This document shows, piece after piece, positions 1-9,419 of a DNA stretch of 55,858 bases. A model generated the notes under the pieces. It saw nothing but the letters and a program-made list of their open reading frames with translations. It made no database searches and had not been told where the DNA came from. A program made the position numbers and the translations under genes. Within the stretch, counting starts at the first letter, position 1; each line of letters opens with the position of its first letter. The stretch lies in IMG/VR virus record IMGVR_UViG_3300027601_000004, one strand, 5' to 3'. Source of the DNA: a virus (Duplodnaviria > Heunggongvirae > Uroviricota > Caudoviricetes).

Positions 1-111
1 ATAGCAAAGGATTTGCGCACTCCCAAGTATCGTATGAGAAAGGTGGAGTCTAAGGTTCAGTACACACGTCAACCCAAGCACAAGAAAGGTAGCTATGAAT
101 ATCAATATTGA
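1..111 (+). CDS. 3' part of a small basic protein, weakly ArfA-like (truncated by window start)
   Basis: Frame-1 translation IAKDLRTPKYRMRKVESKVQYTRQPKHKKGSYEYQY*; pattern recalls ArfA (LHDPLFRQRVE...SYxRKGKH). Not in the ORF track. Confidence 0.4.
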   Translation: MAKDLRTPKYRMRKVESKVQYTRQPKHKKGSYEYQY

Positions 112-340
112 ACTTAACAAACCAGACTTACATAAGTCAGTTATTGTTAAGTCGCACGCATATGACCTTGTAGAATTTACAGTTAAACAAGTGTCCTTCG
201 ATAAAGATGGTAAGGAACTGACGAATAGTTATCATACTACCTTTTACAACACAAAAGAATTTAAAGATTTTTTCCAACCATTAGTTAATGAATTAAAAGT
301 GAGATTTGATAATGACGATGCAAACAGTATTCAAGAATGA
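95..340 (+). CDS. hypothetical protein
   Basis: 81 aa ORF, tightly packed with neighbours. Confidence 0.7.
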   Translation: MNINIELNKPDLHKSVIVKSHAYDLVEFTVKQVSFDKDGKELTNSYHTTFYNTKEFKDFFQPLVNELKVRFDNDDANSIQE

Positions 341-614
341 TAAAGAGTTCGAAACTTTCAAAGAGTGGACACATGGACTACTACGAGACGCAAACACAAA
401 AGATCTGTGCATTACTTTTACCAAAAAAGATGGTACAGAAAGAAAAATGTTATGTACTCTCTGCGAGGGAAGAATACCTGCAGACAAGATGCCCAAGGAA
501 GAAACTGCGAGTAGCCAGACTTCTGGATCCGCAGTACGAGTCTTCGATACAGAAAAACAAGAGTGGAGATCCTTCCGTTGGGACTCCGTAATTAAAGTGG
601 AGTTCTCGCTGTGA
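312..614 (+). CDS. WYL-like/SH3-fold phage protein (DUF2693-like)
   Basis: ITFTKKDGTERKMLCTL...VRVFDTEKQEWRSFRWDSV motif typical of T4-like WYL_2 proteins. Confidence 0.7.
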   Translation: MTMQTVFKNDKEFETFKEWTHGLLRDANTKDLCITFTKKDGTERKMLCTLCEGRIPADKMPKEETASSQTSGSAVRVFDTEKQEWRSFRWDSVIKVEFSL

Positions 615-817
615 AAACAATTATTGCTATGTTTGGTGTCACTGTTGGTGTCATCATTATTATTGGTTTGGCAGTTCTTCTGCCAATTTTATATCTCTGG
701 GCACTAAACACTTTATTCCCTATGCTCGCAATCCCCTATACATTAGAGACTTGGTCTGCAGCAGTTTTGTTGCACATCTTCTTCTCAAAATCAATTGAAA
801 TTAAAAAGGATAAATGA
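611..817 (+). CDS. small membrane protein
   Basis: two hydrophobic segments; GTGA/ATGA overlaps with neighbours. Confidence 0.65.
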   Translation: MKTIIAMFGVTVGVIIIIGLAVLLPILYLWALNTLFPMLAIPYTLETWSAAVLLHIFFSKSIEIKKDK

Positions 818-1098
818 TGAATTACGTATTGACACCTGAACAGAAAACTGATCTACAAAAAGCCATTCGTGAAATCAGCAACTCTATGATTCGAACTGAA
901 GCAGAACGTGATTTGATTAAAGAAATTGTCAAAGAACAATCTGACCAGTTGCAAATCCCAAAGAAAATTATCAACAAGATTGCTAAAACTTTTCATAAGC
1001 AGAGTTTGCACCAAGAAGTTGCAGACCATGAAGACTTCGTTGAATTGTATGAGAAAGTGACCAGTGCTGGTACACAGAAAAACACCACCCAACCATAA
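814..1098 (+). CDS. dsbA: T4 DsbA-like double-stranded DNA-binding protein
   Basis: helical protein with IPKKIINKIAKTFHKQ...FVELYEKV, matching the T4 DsbA pattern. Confidence 0.65.
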   Translation: MMNYVLTPEQKTDLQKAIREISNSMIRTEAERDLIKEIVKEQSDQLQIPKKIINKIAKTFHKQSLHQEVADHEDFVELYEKVTSAGTQKNTTQP

Positions 1099-1693
1099 GC
1101 ACAGTCTTTTATATCTCATGGGTGTCACATGGAAATATGACACCATGTTCAACTCCACATTCACAGAACAAAACCTACAAGATTTGTTGTATGATGCTGG
1201 AGTTGAAACTATCGCAGTAGATTATGAACCCAGCGATACATATGAGAGTTTAGTGGAAGATTTGAAAGAACTCGCTACTGATGTAGATTATATAATGGGT
1301 TATAGTTTTGGGTGTTTTCTTGCTATAGCATCATCAACAGAAAATACCAAAGGGATAATTTTACTTGATCCTAATGCAGAAATAAATCATAATCAGAAGA
1401 AGTATATTGAGGATATAGAAACTGCCAATAGGTTTTTTGAGAGGGATTTATCCACTAAAAATAAAAATATTGGAGTGGTCGATAGATTGATTATTTCACC
1501 AAACAAAACTAAAACATTATTGTTGTTTAGTGAGTGGGGTAATTCTAATAATTCTCTATGCACAAATGGAATGTATTTAAAATTTTTGGGTGAGAAGAAA
1601 AAGGTTGTTATAAAGAATTCTTCACATTACGTAATGTTAGAACCAGCTAGATATATTCTAGCCAAAGAAATAATGGAGTTTATTCGTGCTTGA
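1064..1693 (+). CDS. alpha/beta hydrolase fold protein (true start possibly 1118 or 1145)
   Basis: GYSFG nucleophile elbow, ILLDP strand, C-terminal SSHYVMLE His motif. Confidence 0.7.
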   Translation: MLVHRKTPPNHKHSLLYLMGVTWKYDTMFNSTFTEQNLQDLLYDAGVETIAVDYEPSDTYESLVEDLKELATDVDYIMGYSFGCFLAIASSTENTKGIILLDPNAEINHNQKKYIEDIETANRFFERDLSTKNKNIGVVDRLIISPNKTKTLLLFSEWGNSNNSLCTNGMYLKFLGEKKKVVIKNSSHYVMLEPARYILAKEIMEFIRA

Positions 1694-2504
1694 TTATCCT
1701 GCTTGGAAAAATGGTAAGTATTGTAAAGTCAAAGACCTAACAGTTTCTGTTTTAGATCTTGGCTTAATTCATTGTGATGCAACTTATGATGTGCTTGCAG
1801 TGAGGAATGGTGAAATTGAAAACCTAAATGCACACCTGAGTAGATTCATCCGCAGTTCTCAGGGATGGAGAATCCCTGTTGAGTACTCTGATAACGACAT
1901 CGAGATAGTTATTCAAACATTGGTAGCTATGGCACCGACTGACGATCTATTAGTTTGGATCGGTTTGACTAGAGGTATACCTACTTCTGGTAACCCAAGA
2001 GATTTAGCCAACTGTAAACCGAATCTCTTCATCTATACCAAACCCTACTATGGGTTCAATAAAGAAAATACAGCTACAGTTTGCTTAGCGAAGCAAAAAA
2101 GAAATACATCTATTGATCAAACGATGAAGAACTTTGCTTGGAATGATTTAAACCTTGCACAGTGGGAAGCAATCGATCGTGGATATGATACTGCTGTGTT
2201 ATTAGACCATGGTGGACTTATTACTGAGGGTCCAGGATTTAATGTTGGGTTTATTCGAGGTGGAAAGGTGTACGCACCTGCCACGAACTGTCTTAAGGGT
2301 ACTGTGATGGAATTAGTTAAATCCTTATGCGATAGAAATGGTATTTGGTTTGAGTATGGTAATATCCTACCATGGTTTGCTGAAACATCTGATGCAATGT
2401 TTCTGACATCAACAGCTGGAAATATAATTACAGTGAAGTGTTTTGAGGGTAAGTATTTTAATGATAATGATACCTTACAATATCTACAACAGAGGATTAC
2501 ATAA
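1686..2504 (+). CDS. PLP-dependent fold-IV aminotransferase, (R)-selective amine transaminase-like
   Basis: LDLGLIHCDATYDV, IDQTMKNFAWND (catalytic Lys), TEGPGFN, LKGTV motifs. Confidence 0.85.
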   Translation: MLDYPAWKNGKYCKVKDLTVSVLDLGLIHCDATYDVLAVRNGEIENLNAHLSRFIRSSQGWRIPVEYSDNDIEIVIQTLVAMAPTDDLLVWIGLTRGIPTSGNPRDLANCKPNLFIYTKPYYGFNKENTATVCLAKQKRNTSIDQTMKNFAWNDLNLAQWEAIDRGYDTAVLLDHGGLITEGPGFNVGFIRGGKVYAPATNCLKGTVMELVKSLCDRNGIWFEYGNILPWFAETSDAMFLTSTAGNIITVKCFEGKYFNDNDTLQYLQQRIT

Positions 2505-2507
2505 TTT

Positions 2508-3107
2508 ATGCTATTGTTTAAATATTTAGATAATTTACCTAAAGTTCCAGAGCATTTAATACCAACAGAAGTTGATATTAATGACAAGCGTAACTATACT
2601 GCAGAGATGAGAACAATGAAATCTTCTTCTGGAGATATACCAAACATTCTTTACACTAGAAATAATGCTAGTAAAGAATTAAACGACTGGATTGTTAATA
2701 ACATCTCTGATAAGTTATTTTTACCTAGTATTCAGATATCACATTATATTGGTGGCTCTAATACACATCTAGCCCATACAGATTCATTCCCAAGGAAATG
2801 GGTTTTAAATTATGTTTATGAGAGGGGAGGAGAAAATCCTTCAACTAATTTTTATAGAGAAAAATCAAACCCTCTAATTCGTCCACATCTAACTAAACCA
2901 GAAAATAAAGATAAACTTGATTTAGTGAAATCTGTTCATGTTGATACTCACAGATGGTGGATTCTTAATGCTCTAGTTATACATGATGTTGTTGGTATAA
3001 CAGGAAAGAGAAGTGCAATCACAGCTGGGATTGGTGCAATGAACCCATTCTCAGTTCTACGTGGTTATGAAAATTTAGACTTTAGTAAAATCCAAAACGA
3101 CAATTGA
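2508..3107 (+). CDS. cupin/2OG-Fe(II) oxygenase-like protein
   Basis: HTD...LNY...distal IHDV facial-triad pattern. Confidence 0.5.
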   Translation: MLLFKYLDNLPKVPEHLIPTEVDINDKRNYTAEMRTMKSSSGDIPNILYTRNNASKELNDWIVNNISDKLFLPSIQISHYIGGSNTHLAHTDSFPRKWVLNYVYERGGENPSTNFYREKSNPLIRPHLTKPENKDKLDLVKSVHVDTHRWWILNALVIHDVVGITGKRSAITAGIGAMNPFSVLRGYENLDFSKIQNDN

Positions 3108-3108
3108 T

Positions 3109-3906
3109 ATGGTTACAACAGAAATTAGTTTAGAACAAAATAAACATCTACTATTCCTTTTACCTGGACAGAGTTTATCGCCACGTGCTTTCTGGGACTT
3201 TAAACTTTCAGATGGTCACACGCACATAGACTATTTTCTTGGTGCTGGTATCGATGTAATCTTATTTGATCCATGTGGTTATGGTGAGAGTACTGACTAT
3301 TATCAGTATGACAGAGTTGGATATGCAGATCAGATTGAATCTGCTATTAAAGAACTTAAGAAAGAATACGTTTCCAAAACTATATTTGGTTTCTCAACAT
3401 CAACTGCTCCTGCGTTGATTGCTGGAGAAAGAGGTTTATTCGATAAGATTATCATTCACAGTCCATCTGTTCGCATGGATAAAAGATATTATGTTGAGTT
3501 TGACACAGAATATTTTGAAACTGGCATCGAGAAACTTAAAAAAGAAAGACTCGAAAAGATTAGTGACAAGTTGATTGGCAAACCAAATAGAATTGACGGA
3601 TGGGAACAAAAGATTCTTGATGTTGTTGGCTCTACAACATGGAAAGTTCCATCGCAACCTGTTTATGATATCAACAATTATTGGGTTGATACTGGTCAAC
3701 TTGGGTTCGATCCTGCAAAGGTTCCACCGATCCTAAGTATTATCGGTGAGTATGACTATGAGTCTACCACAGGTGGATATGATACCTTTAAGGGACTGTT
3801 TCCAGACTCCAAGGAAGTAATTATCCCTCAGTCTACCCATTTCTCTATGTGGGAGAATTCATCGGCTCTAACTCGCTTGGAAATGATCCAATGGGTCTTG
3901 AAATAA
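3109..3906 (+). CDS. alpha/beta hydrolase
   Basis: LPGQS oxyanion loop, DPCGYGES, GFSTS elbow, GEYD, STHFSMWE. Confidence 0.8.
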   Translation: MVTTEISLEQNKHLLFLLPGQSLSPRAFWDFKLSDGHTHIDYFLGAGIDVILFDPCGYGESTDYYQYDRVGYADQIESAIKELKKEYVSKTIFGFSTSTAPALIAGERGLFDKIIIHSPSVRMDKRYYVEFDTEYFETGIEKLKKERLEKISDKLIGKPNRIDGWEQKILDVVGSTTWKVPSQPVYDINNYWVDTGQLGFDPAKVPPILSIIGEYDYESTTGGYDTFKGLFPDSKEVIIPQSTHFSMWENSSALTRLEMIQWVLK

Positions 3907-3939
3907 CCCTACACTTTGCAGGGTTATTAAAAATAATGC

Positions 3940-3968
3940 TTTACAATAATTCAAAAGTAGGGTATAAT
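3940..3968 (+). promoter_or_regulatory. sigma70-type early promoter
   Basis: TTTACA-N17-TATAAT, preceded by inverted repeat at 3903-3927. Confidence 0.8.
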
Positions 3969-3996
3969 TGTTATTAGAAAGTGAGGAATTATTCCT

Positions 3997-5097
3997 ATGG
4001 CTATGAATACAGCGAAACGTAAAGAACTTATTGCAAAAGTTAATGGTAGTGAACCTGAGTTAAACTCTGCTAGGTATAACAGCAGTTTTCTTGAGATACT
4101 CAACTACTACAACTACAACAACGACGACAAAGATAAGAAGAAGTGGCTTATCAGTCATGTTGCAAAATCAAACAAGAAACTCGCAGCACAACTTCTGAAG
4201 ATTGACGAGAAACATTTTCGTTATGCTGGCATCCTTGCACGCATCAGCGATCGTGGTGGTCAACTAGCAGAAAATCATCTACTATTTCTTGAGAATCGCA
4301 TCAAAGAACTGACTGCGATGAAAGAAGTCAAGAAAGAAGTTATCGTTAAAAAAGAAGAAACCCCTACCAATGTAATTTCTATTCAGGAAAGAATGGATGA
4401 GAAAGCACACGATCTCGCTGGTGAGATCGAAGGTGCCATCGATGACTTCGTGTTGGGTGGTTGTAAGTCTGACTTCTCAGCTAAAAACTATCTACTTGCA
4501 CAACAGGTAGCAGCACCGATTGCTAAACGTATCGGGGAGTTGTTCGTGCCAACAGCAGATGAATTGCGTGAAGCAATCGCAGGTGATGACGAGCAACTTG
4601 TTGAAGGATACTCAAACTTTACCAAGCGTGAACTCAAGAAGTTCTTGGAGTTTGTTGATAATATTATTGCTGACTGTAACCAGATGGTTCAGACTGCTAA
4701 GGCTAATCGTGCTCCACGTAAACGTAAGGAAGTACCTGCAGGTAAGCAGGTAGCGAAGATGAAGTATCTCAAAGATTTTGCAGAACTTAATCTAAAGTCT
4801 GTGAACCCAGCAAGTATCATCGGCTCAACCGAAGTCTGGTACTACAACACCAAATACAAACATGTTGGTGTATACAAAGGTGAGAATGGTGGAACTCTAT
4901 CAGTTAAGGGAACTACCATCATCGGTTTCGATATTAAAGAATCAAAGCGTATGACTCTACGCAAACCCGAAGAATTCTTCAAAGGGTTGTCGTTGGGTAA
5001 ACGTGCATTGAACAGTGCAATCAAAACACTAAAGACCAAACCAGCAGTACCGAATGGTCGATTCAATGAAGACTGCATTTTACTTGGAGCATTTTAA
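3997..5097 (+). CDS. conserved hypothetical protein of T4-like phages
   Basis: 366 aa ORF with SD (GAGGA) after a strong promoter; no recognisable catalytic motif. Confidence 0.75.
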   Translation: MAMNTAKRKELIAKVNGSEPELNSARYNSSFLEILNYYNYNNDDKDKKKWLISHVAKSNKKLAAQLLKIDEKHFRYAGILARISDRGGQLAENHLLFLENRIKELTAMKEVKKEVIVKKEETPTNVISIQERMDEKAHDLAGEIEGAIDDFVLGGCKSDFSAKNYLLAQQVAAPIAKRIGELFVPTADELREAIAGDDEQLVEGYSNFTKRELKKFLEFVDNIIADCNQMVQTAKANRAPRKRKEVPAGKQVAKMKYLKDFAELNLKSVNPASIIGSTEVWYYNTKYKHVGVYKGENGGTLSVKGTTIIGFDIKESKRMTLRKPEEFFKGLSLGKRALNSAIKTLKTKPAVPNGRFNEDCILLGAF

Positions 5098-5987
5098 TGA
5101 TTTTAGTTGATTATTCTCAGGTAGCTCTGAGTAACATTTTATCATTCCAACGTGAGTTGAAAGGTAGCGAGTCTGAGATTAAAAATCTGATTCGCCACGT
5201 AACACTCTCAACACTCAAGTCATACAAAAAGAAATATGGCAAAGAGTATGGTGAGTTGGTTATCTGTTGTGATGGTCGCAAGTATTGGCGTAGGGAGTTC
5301 TTTCCCAACTACAAGTGTAATCGTAAGAAAGCACGTGACAATAGCGATCTGGATTGGACTTTAATCTTTGATACGCTGTCGCAAATTCGTGATGAGATCG
5401 CACAAAACTTCCCATACAAAGTTTTACATCTGGAACGTGCAGAAGCTGACGACATTATCGCAGTAATGGCTAAGTGGTGTCAAACTAACGCACTGGTTCA
5501 GCAAGGATTAGTGGAAGAACCACAGAAAATTTTGATTGTATCTTCAGATGGTGACTTTATCCAGCTGCAAAAATATGATAATGTAACTCAGTGGTCACCT
5601 ATCCAAAAGAAATATGTTAAAGCAACTAAGAAAGAGTTGCACGAGAAAACCATTACGCATATCGTTAAAGCAGGTGACGATGGTATTCCAAACATTCTGA
5701 GCAACGATGATGTATTCCTCAAAGGCGAAAGACAGAAACCTGTTTCTGCAAAACGTCTGCAGGAATTTATTGAAAATGGATTTGTTGCATGTAATACAGA
5801 TGAGGAACGTCGCAACTGGCATCGCAATCAAACACTGGTTGATTTTGAATTTATTCCTGACGATGTGTCAAAGCAAATTATAGATACCTATGCGGATTAT
5901 AAAACGACATCCGACAAGATGACGATAATGAATTATTTAATCGCCAATAAATGTCGTTTACTATTAGATGAATTGGAGGATTTTTAA
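5097..5987 (+). CDS. rnh: T4-type RNase H / 5'-3' flap exonuclease
   Basis: MILVDYSQ, CCDGRKYWRR..FPNYK..R, EADDIIA, SSDGDFIQL, GDDGIPN motifs. Confidence 0.93.
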   Translation: MILVDYSQVALSNILSFQRELKGSESEIKNLIRHVTLSTLKSYKKKYGKEYGELVICCDGRKYWRREFFPNYKCNRKKARDNSDLDWTLIFDTLSQIRDEIAQNFPYKVLHLERAEADDIIAVMAKWCQTNALVQQGLVEEPQKILIVSSDGDFIQLQKYDNVTQWSPIQKKYVKATKKELHEKTITHIVKAGDDGIPNILSNDDVFLKGERQKPVSAKRLQEFIENGFVACNTDEERRNWHRNQTLVDFEFIPDDVSKQIIDTYADYKTTSDKMTIMNYLIANKCRLLLDELEDF

Positions 5988-6451
5988 TGGCTACAAAATT
6001 AGTTACTGAGATGTTGACTGAGATCAATGATAATCCAGTTAATATTACAAAATATAAAGATAATGGTGCACTGCGTTTGATTTTTGAGCATGCGTTTGAC
6101 CCCAACAAGAAGTTCTTTCTACCTGAGGGAGATCCTCCTTTCAAAGAAGACGCTGCACCCATCGGCATGAGTCCAGCAAACTTGCATATGGAAGCTAAGA
6201 AGTTGTATGTATTCTGTCGTGCAGACTTAAATAAAGTGCGCAGAGAATCATTGTTCATTCAACTCCTTGAAGGATTGCATCCATTCGAATCTAAATTGAT
6301 TCTTGCAATTAAAGATCAGAAACTTACCAAGATGTATCCAAAGATTACACAGAAATTAGTTTCTGAATTTTTCCCCACTGTTCCTGCACCAGCTACGAAG
6401 GAAAAGAAAGCAAAAAACTCTCAGGCTCCAGCAAGTGGAGCCACAGCTTAA
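5987..6451 (+). CDS. conserved hypothetical protein (DUF6433-like)
   Basis: RRESLFIQLLEGLHP.E..L...IKD.KL motif common downstream of rnh in T4-like phages. Confidence 0.65.
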   Translation: MATKLVTEMLTEINDNPVNITKYKDNGALRLIFEHAFDPNKKFFLPEGDPPFKEDAAPIGMSPANLHMEAKKLYVFCRADLNKVRRESLFIQLLEGLHPFESKLILAIKDQKLTKMYPKITQKLVSEFFPTVPAPATKEKKAKNSQAPASGATA

Positions 6452-6481
6452 CTGCGAGGTTTGCAACTAAGAAAACTATAC

Positions 6482-6510
6482 TTGACAAAATTGTAGTTTT
6501 CCTGTATAAT
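6482..6510 (+). promoter_or_regulatory. sigma70-type early promoter
   Basis: TTGACA-N17-TATAAT perfect consensus. Confidence 0.85.
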
Positions 6511-6532
6511 TTTATTATGAAATTTTTGAAAG

Positions 6533-7282
6533 GTGACCAAAATGCCTAATTGGTGTGATAATGCTGCAACTCTAACTTCGAGTAAAGAGAACATTGATGC
6601 TCTTGTTGCTGTCTTGGAAGATAAAGACAATCAACAAGTTTTCCAACATCTACGTCCACGTCCAGAATCTGAAGAAGAAAATTGGTATGAGTGGAATGTA
6701 AACTACTGGGGAACCAAGTGGGATATTTCTGTTATTGACTGGGATCGTTATGATGATGAAACTGTTTGGATCTCATTTGAAACTGCATGGGCACCACCGA
6801 TTGCATTGTATGAATTCCTGTTTGAAAATAACTGGCACGTAGATGCTGTTTATCATGAAGGTGGTATGGGATACTGCGGTAAGTGGGAAGATGGTGAAGA
6901 CGATCAATATGAATATAACATGGACGATCTTGAATCTCTAGAAGCACTCCCTGAAGAAATTAAAGATTTTACTGGTCTAATTGACTACTATCATAGTCGC
7001 CAGGAAGAACTGCAGATGGAAGCAGAGAACGAAGCGTATGAGGAAACTGTTACTGAATGGTATCCTGTTGAGATTAATCCTGAGCAGGTCGGTTACTACG
7101 AAACAAAAGAAAACAACAATTGGCCATTCTACAAATTTGCAAAGTGGAATGGTAAGAAGTGGACAATCGATAACAAGAAACCCAAAGATCCTATTGCTTT
7201 CTGGAGAGGTTTGAAAGAACCTGCAGAGTTGAATATTATAGAAACTGCAATGAAAGCACACAATGAAACAAAAGTGGATTGA
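6533..7282 (+). CDS. YubB/DUF1281-like ferredoxin-fold protein
   Basis: MPNWC start, WYEWNVNYWGTKWD, FETAWAPP motifs. Confidence 0.8.
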   Translation: MTKMPNWCDNAATLTSSKENIDALVAVLEDKDNQQVFQHLRPRPESEEENWYEWNVNYWGTKWDISVIDWDRYDDETVWISFETAWAPPIALYEFLFENNWHVDAVYHEGGMGYCGKWEDGEDDQYEYNMDDLESLEALPEEIKDFTGLIDYYHSRQEELQMEAENEAYEETVTEWYPVEINPEQVGYYETKENNNWPFYKFAKWNGKKWTIDNKKPKDPIAFWRGLKEPAELNIIETAMKAHNETKVD

Positions 7283-7697
7283 TGCATTTATGGATACAGC
7301 TGAGAGATTTGCTCAGCTGTCCAGTGCAAAGCGATTGCAGGTCGGTGCGTGTGTTGTTAAAGATAATCGCATTATCTCAATCGGATATAATGGTATGCCA
7401 TCTGGTTGGACTAATGAATGCGAAGAGATCGTTGAGGTTCATGAGGATGGTGGTGTTGTAACTAAAACGAAAGACGAGGTAATTCATGCTGAAGCGAATG
7501 CTATTCTTAAATTGGCACGTGATGGCGAGAGCGGAAATGGCAGTAGTCTATTCTGTACTCATGCTCCTTGTATCCATTGCGCTAAGTTAGTTCATGGTGC
7601 AGGAATCAAAAAAGTCTACTACAGACATTCATATCGAGATACCATCGGTTTAGACTTTTTAGAAAAATGTGGTATCGAACTCGAAAAAGTTTCGTGA
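7263..7697 (+). CDS. cd: dCMP deaminase
   Basis: IISIGYNG, HAEANA, THAPCIHCAK zinc-deaminase motifs. Confidence 0.93.
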   Translation: MKQKWIDAFMDTAERFAQLSSAKRLQVGACVVKDNRIISIGYNGMPSGWTNECEEIVEVHEDGGVVTKTKDEVIHAEANAILKLARDGESGNGSSLFCTHAPCIHCAKLVHGAGIKKVYYRHSYRDTIGLDFLEKCGIELEKVS

Positions 7698-7812
7698 TCG
7701 GTTTTATAAATTATCGTCATTGAAAAATTTTATATAAAAAAGTTATATAATTGATATATTCAATGACTAAGTAATAGTGTATATTTTATTTTTTAACCTA
7801 TAAGGAGTTTTA

Positions 7813-8349
7813 ATGAAGACAGTTGGAGATAAATTGGAGCCATTCGTTGTCACTGGTGTTAATCCAGGCAGCGATCAGTTCTTTGATATTACAGAAAAAT
7901 CATTCGAAGGAAAGTGGAAAGTAATCGTTTACTATCCAAAAGACTTCACATTCGTATGCCCAACAGAGATCGTTGCATATGATAAGTTATTCCAAGATTT
8001 TGCAGATCGTGATGCAGTTCTATTAACTGGTTCTACAGATAACGAGTTCTGTAAACTGGCATGGCAGAAAGCACACCCAGATCTTTCTAAGATTAAACAT
8101 ATCCAGTTTGCTGATACTCAGCGTGAATGGGATAAATCTTTGATTGACCAACTCGGTGTATTCTATGCACCTGCTGGCGCAGCTTTACGTGCTACATTTA
8201 TTGTAGATCCAAACAATGAGATTCAACACATCACTGTAAACAACTTGAACGTAGGTCGTTCACCTGAAGAAACATTGCGTGTTCTTGACGCACTTCAGAC
8301 TGGCGAACTATGCGCATGTAATCGTACTGTGGGTGGGGAGACTCTGTAA
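7813..8349 (+). CDS. ahpC: peroxiredoxin (alkyl hydroperoxide reductase C)
   Basis: YPKDFTFVCPTE peroxidatic motif, RATFIVDP, GELCAC. Confidence 0.96.
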   Translation: MKTVGDKLEPFVVTGVNPGSDQFFDITEKSFEGKWKVIVYYPKDFTFVCPTEIVAYDKLFQDFADRDAVLLTGSTDNEFCKLAWQKAHPDLSKIKHIQFADTQREWDKSLIDQLGVFYAPAGAALRATFIVDPNNEIQHITVNNLNVGRSPEETLRVLDALQTGELCACNRTVGGETL

Positions 8350-8855
8350 TGGCTTTCATTGACACAGTCAAAGAAGCATTACCTGATTACGCAAAGGACA
8401 CCAAGTTAAACTTGGACGCAGTCCTTTTGCGTAGCACTCTACCTGTTGATGAAGCAATGGGCTGTGCTGTTGCTGCATTGGCTGCTACAGGTAATGGTAA
8501 ACTACTGGGTGTGTTGCTTGCCGATGCACCTGCTGATGCTAATGCAGCTATGACAGCTGCAAGTCTGATGGCTCAGAACAATGTATGGTATCCATATGTT
8601 GAGATGGCTGACGATCCTGCACTTGCTGGTCTACCTGCTCAACTACGCATGAACGCAATCGCTACACATGGTGGAACTACCAAAGCCAGATTCGAAGCAT
8701 ACTCACTTGCTGCTTCAATCGTTGGTAAGTGTCACTTCTGCGTTAAAGCACATTATGAGACATTGAAGAAGGAAGGTTATACAGTAGAACAACTTCGTGA
8801 TATCGGTCGTATTGCTGCTGTGATGAATTCTGCTGCTAAAGTTTTGAATAGTTAA
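8349..8855 (+). CDS. ahpD: alkyl hydroperoxide reductase D (CMD family)
   Basis: MAQNNVWYP, SIVGKCHFCVKAH CxxC; coupled to ahpC. Confidence 0.93.
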   Translation: MAFIDTVKEALPDYAKDTKLNLDAVLLRSTLPVDEAMGCAVAALAATGNGKLLGVLLADAPADANAAMTAASLMAQNNVWYPYVEMADDPALAGLPAQLRMNAIATHGGTTKARFEAYSLAASIVGKCHFCVKAHYETLKKEGYTVEQLRDIGRIAAVMNSAAKVLNS

Positions 8856-9415
8856 TGAGCGTAACAAAACATGAATGGTGGTCAACCCCAGTCTGGGAAG
8901 TAGAGACTGGGTTTGACGATCAATTTAATAATAAACTGTTACAAGAAATTGCAAATATACAGGTTGTTGGTTCGCCATACAATTTTAATATATGGGACAC
9001 GAAAACACAGAATATTTCTATATTGAGACAAAAGATTCTTAAAGTAGTTCAAGAATCAACTAAGAATATATTCAACCCATATTTTAAATTCAATCCGCAA
9101 TTAACAAGAGGATGGGTTAATCGTCAGAAACAGCACGAATATATACCATTACACGATCATGGAAACACAGTTATGGCAGTTGTATATTACATATACACTC
9201 CAGAAAACTGTGGCGACTTACTTTTAGTTGATCCAAGAAATGCTCCACTATGGGATAGAATTTCTGAACACAAAGTTGATGGAATTAAATATCAACGGAT
9301 AAAACCCAAAACTGGAAAACTGATATTGTTCCCAGGATATGTTGGTCACATGGTAGAGCAGAATAAATCGAATGAAACGAGGATTAGTTTAGCAACGAAC
9401 ATTATAAGTTGGTGA
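8855..9415 (+). CDS. 2OG-Fe(II) oxygenase (TIGR02466-like)
   Basis: HDH...AVVYY...GDLLLVDPR...LILFPGYVGH...RISLATN. Confidence 0.8.
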   Translation: MSVTKHEWWSTPVWEVETGFDDQFNNKLLQEIANIQVVGSPYNFNIWDTKTQNISILRQKILKVVQESTKNIFNPYFKFNPQLTRGWVNRQKQHEYIPLHDHGNTVMAVVYYIYTPENCGDLLLVDPRNAPLWDRISEHKVDGIKYQRIKPKTGKLILFPGYVGHMVEQNKSNETRISLATNIISW

Positions 9416-9419
9416 TAGT

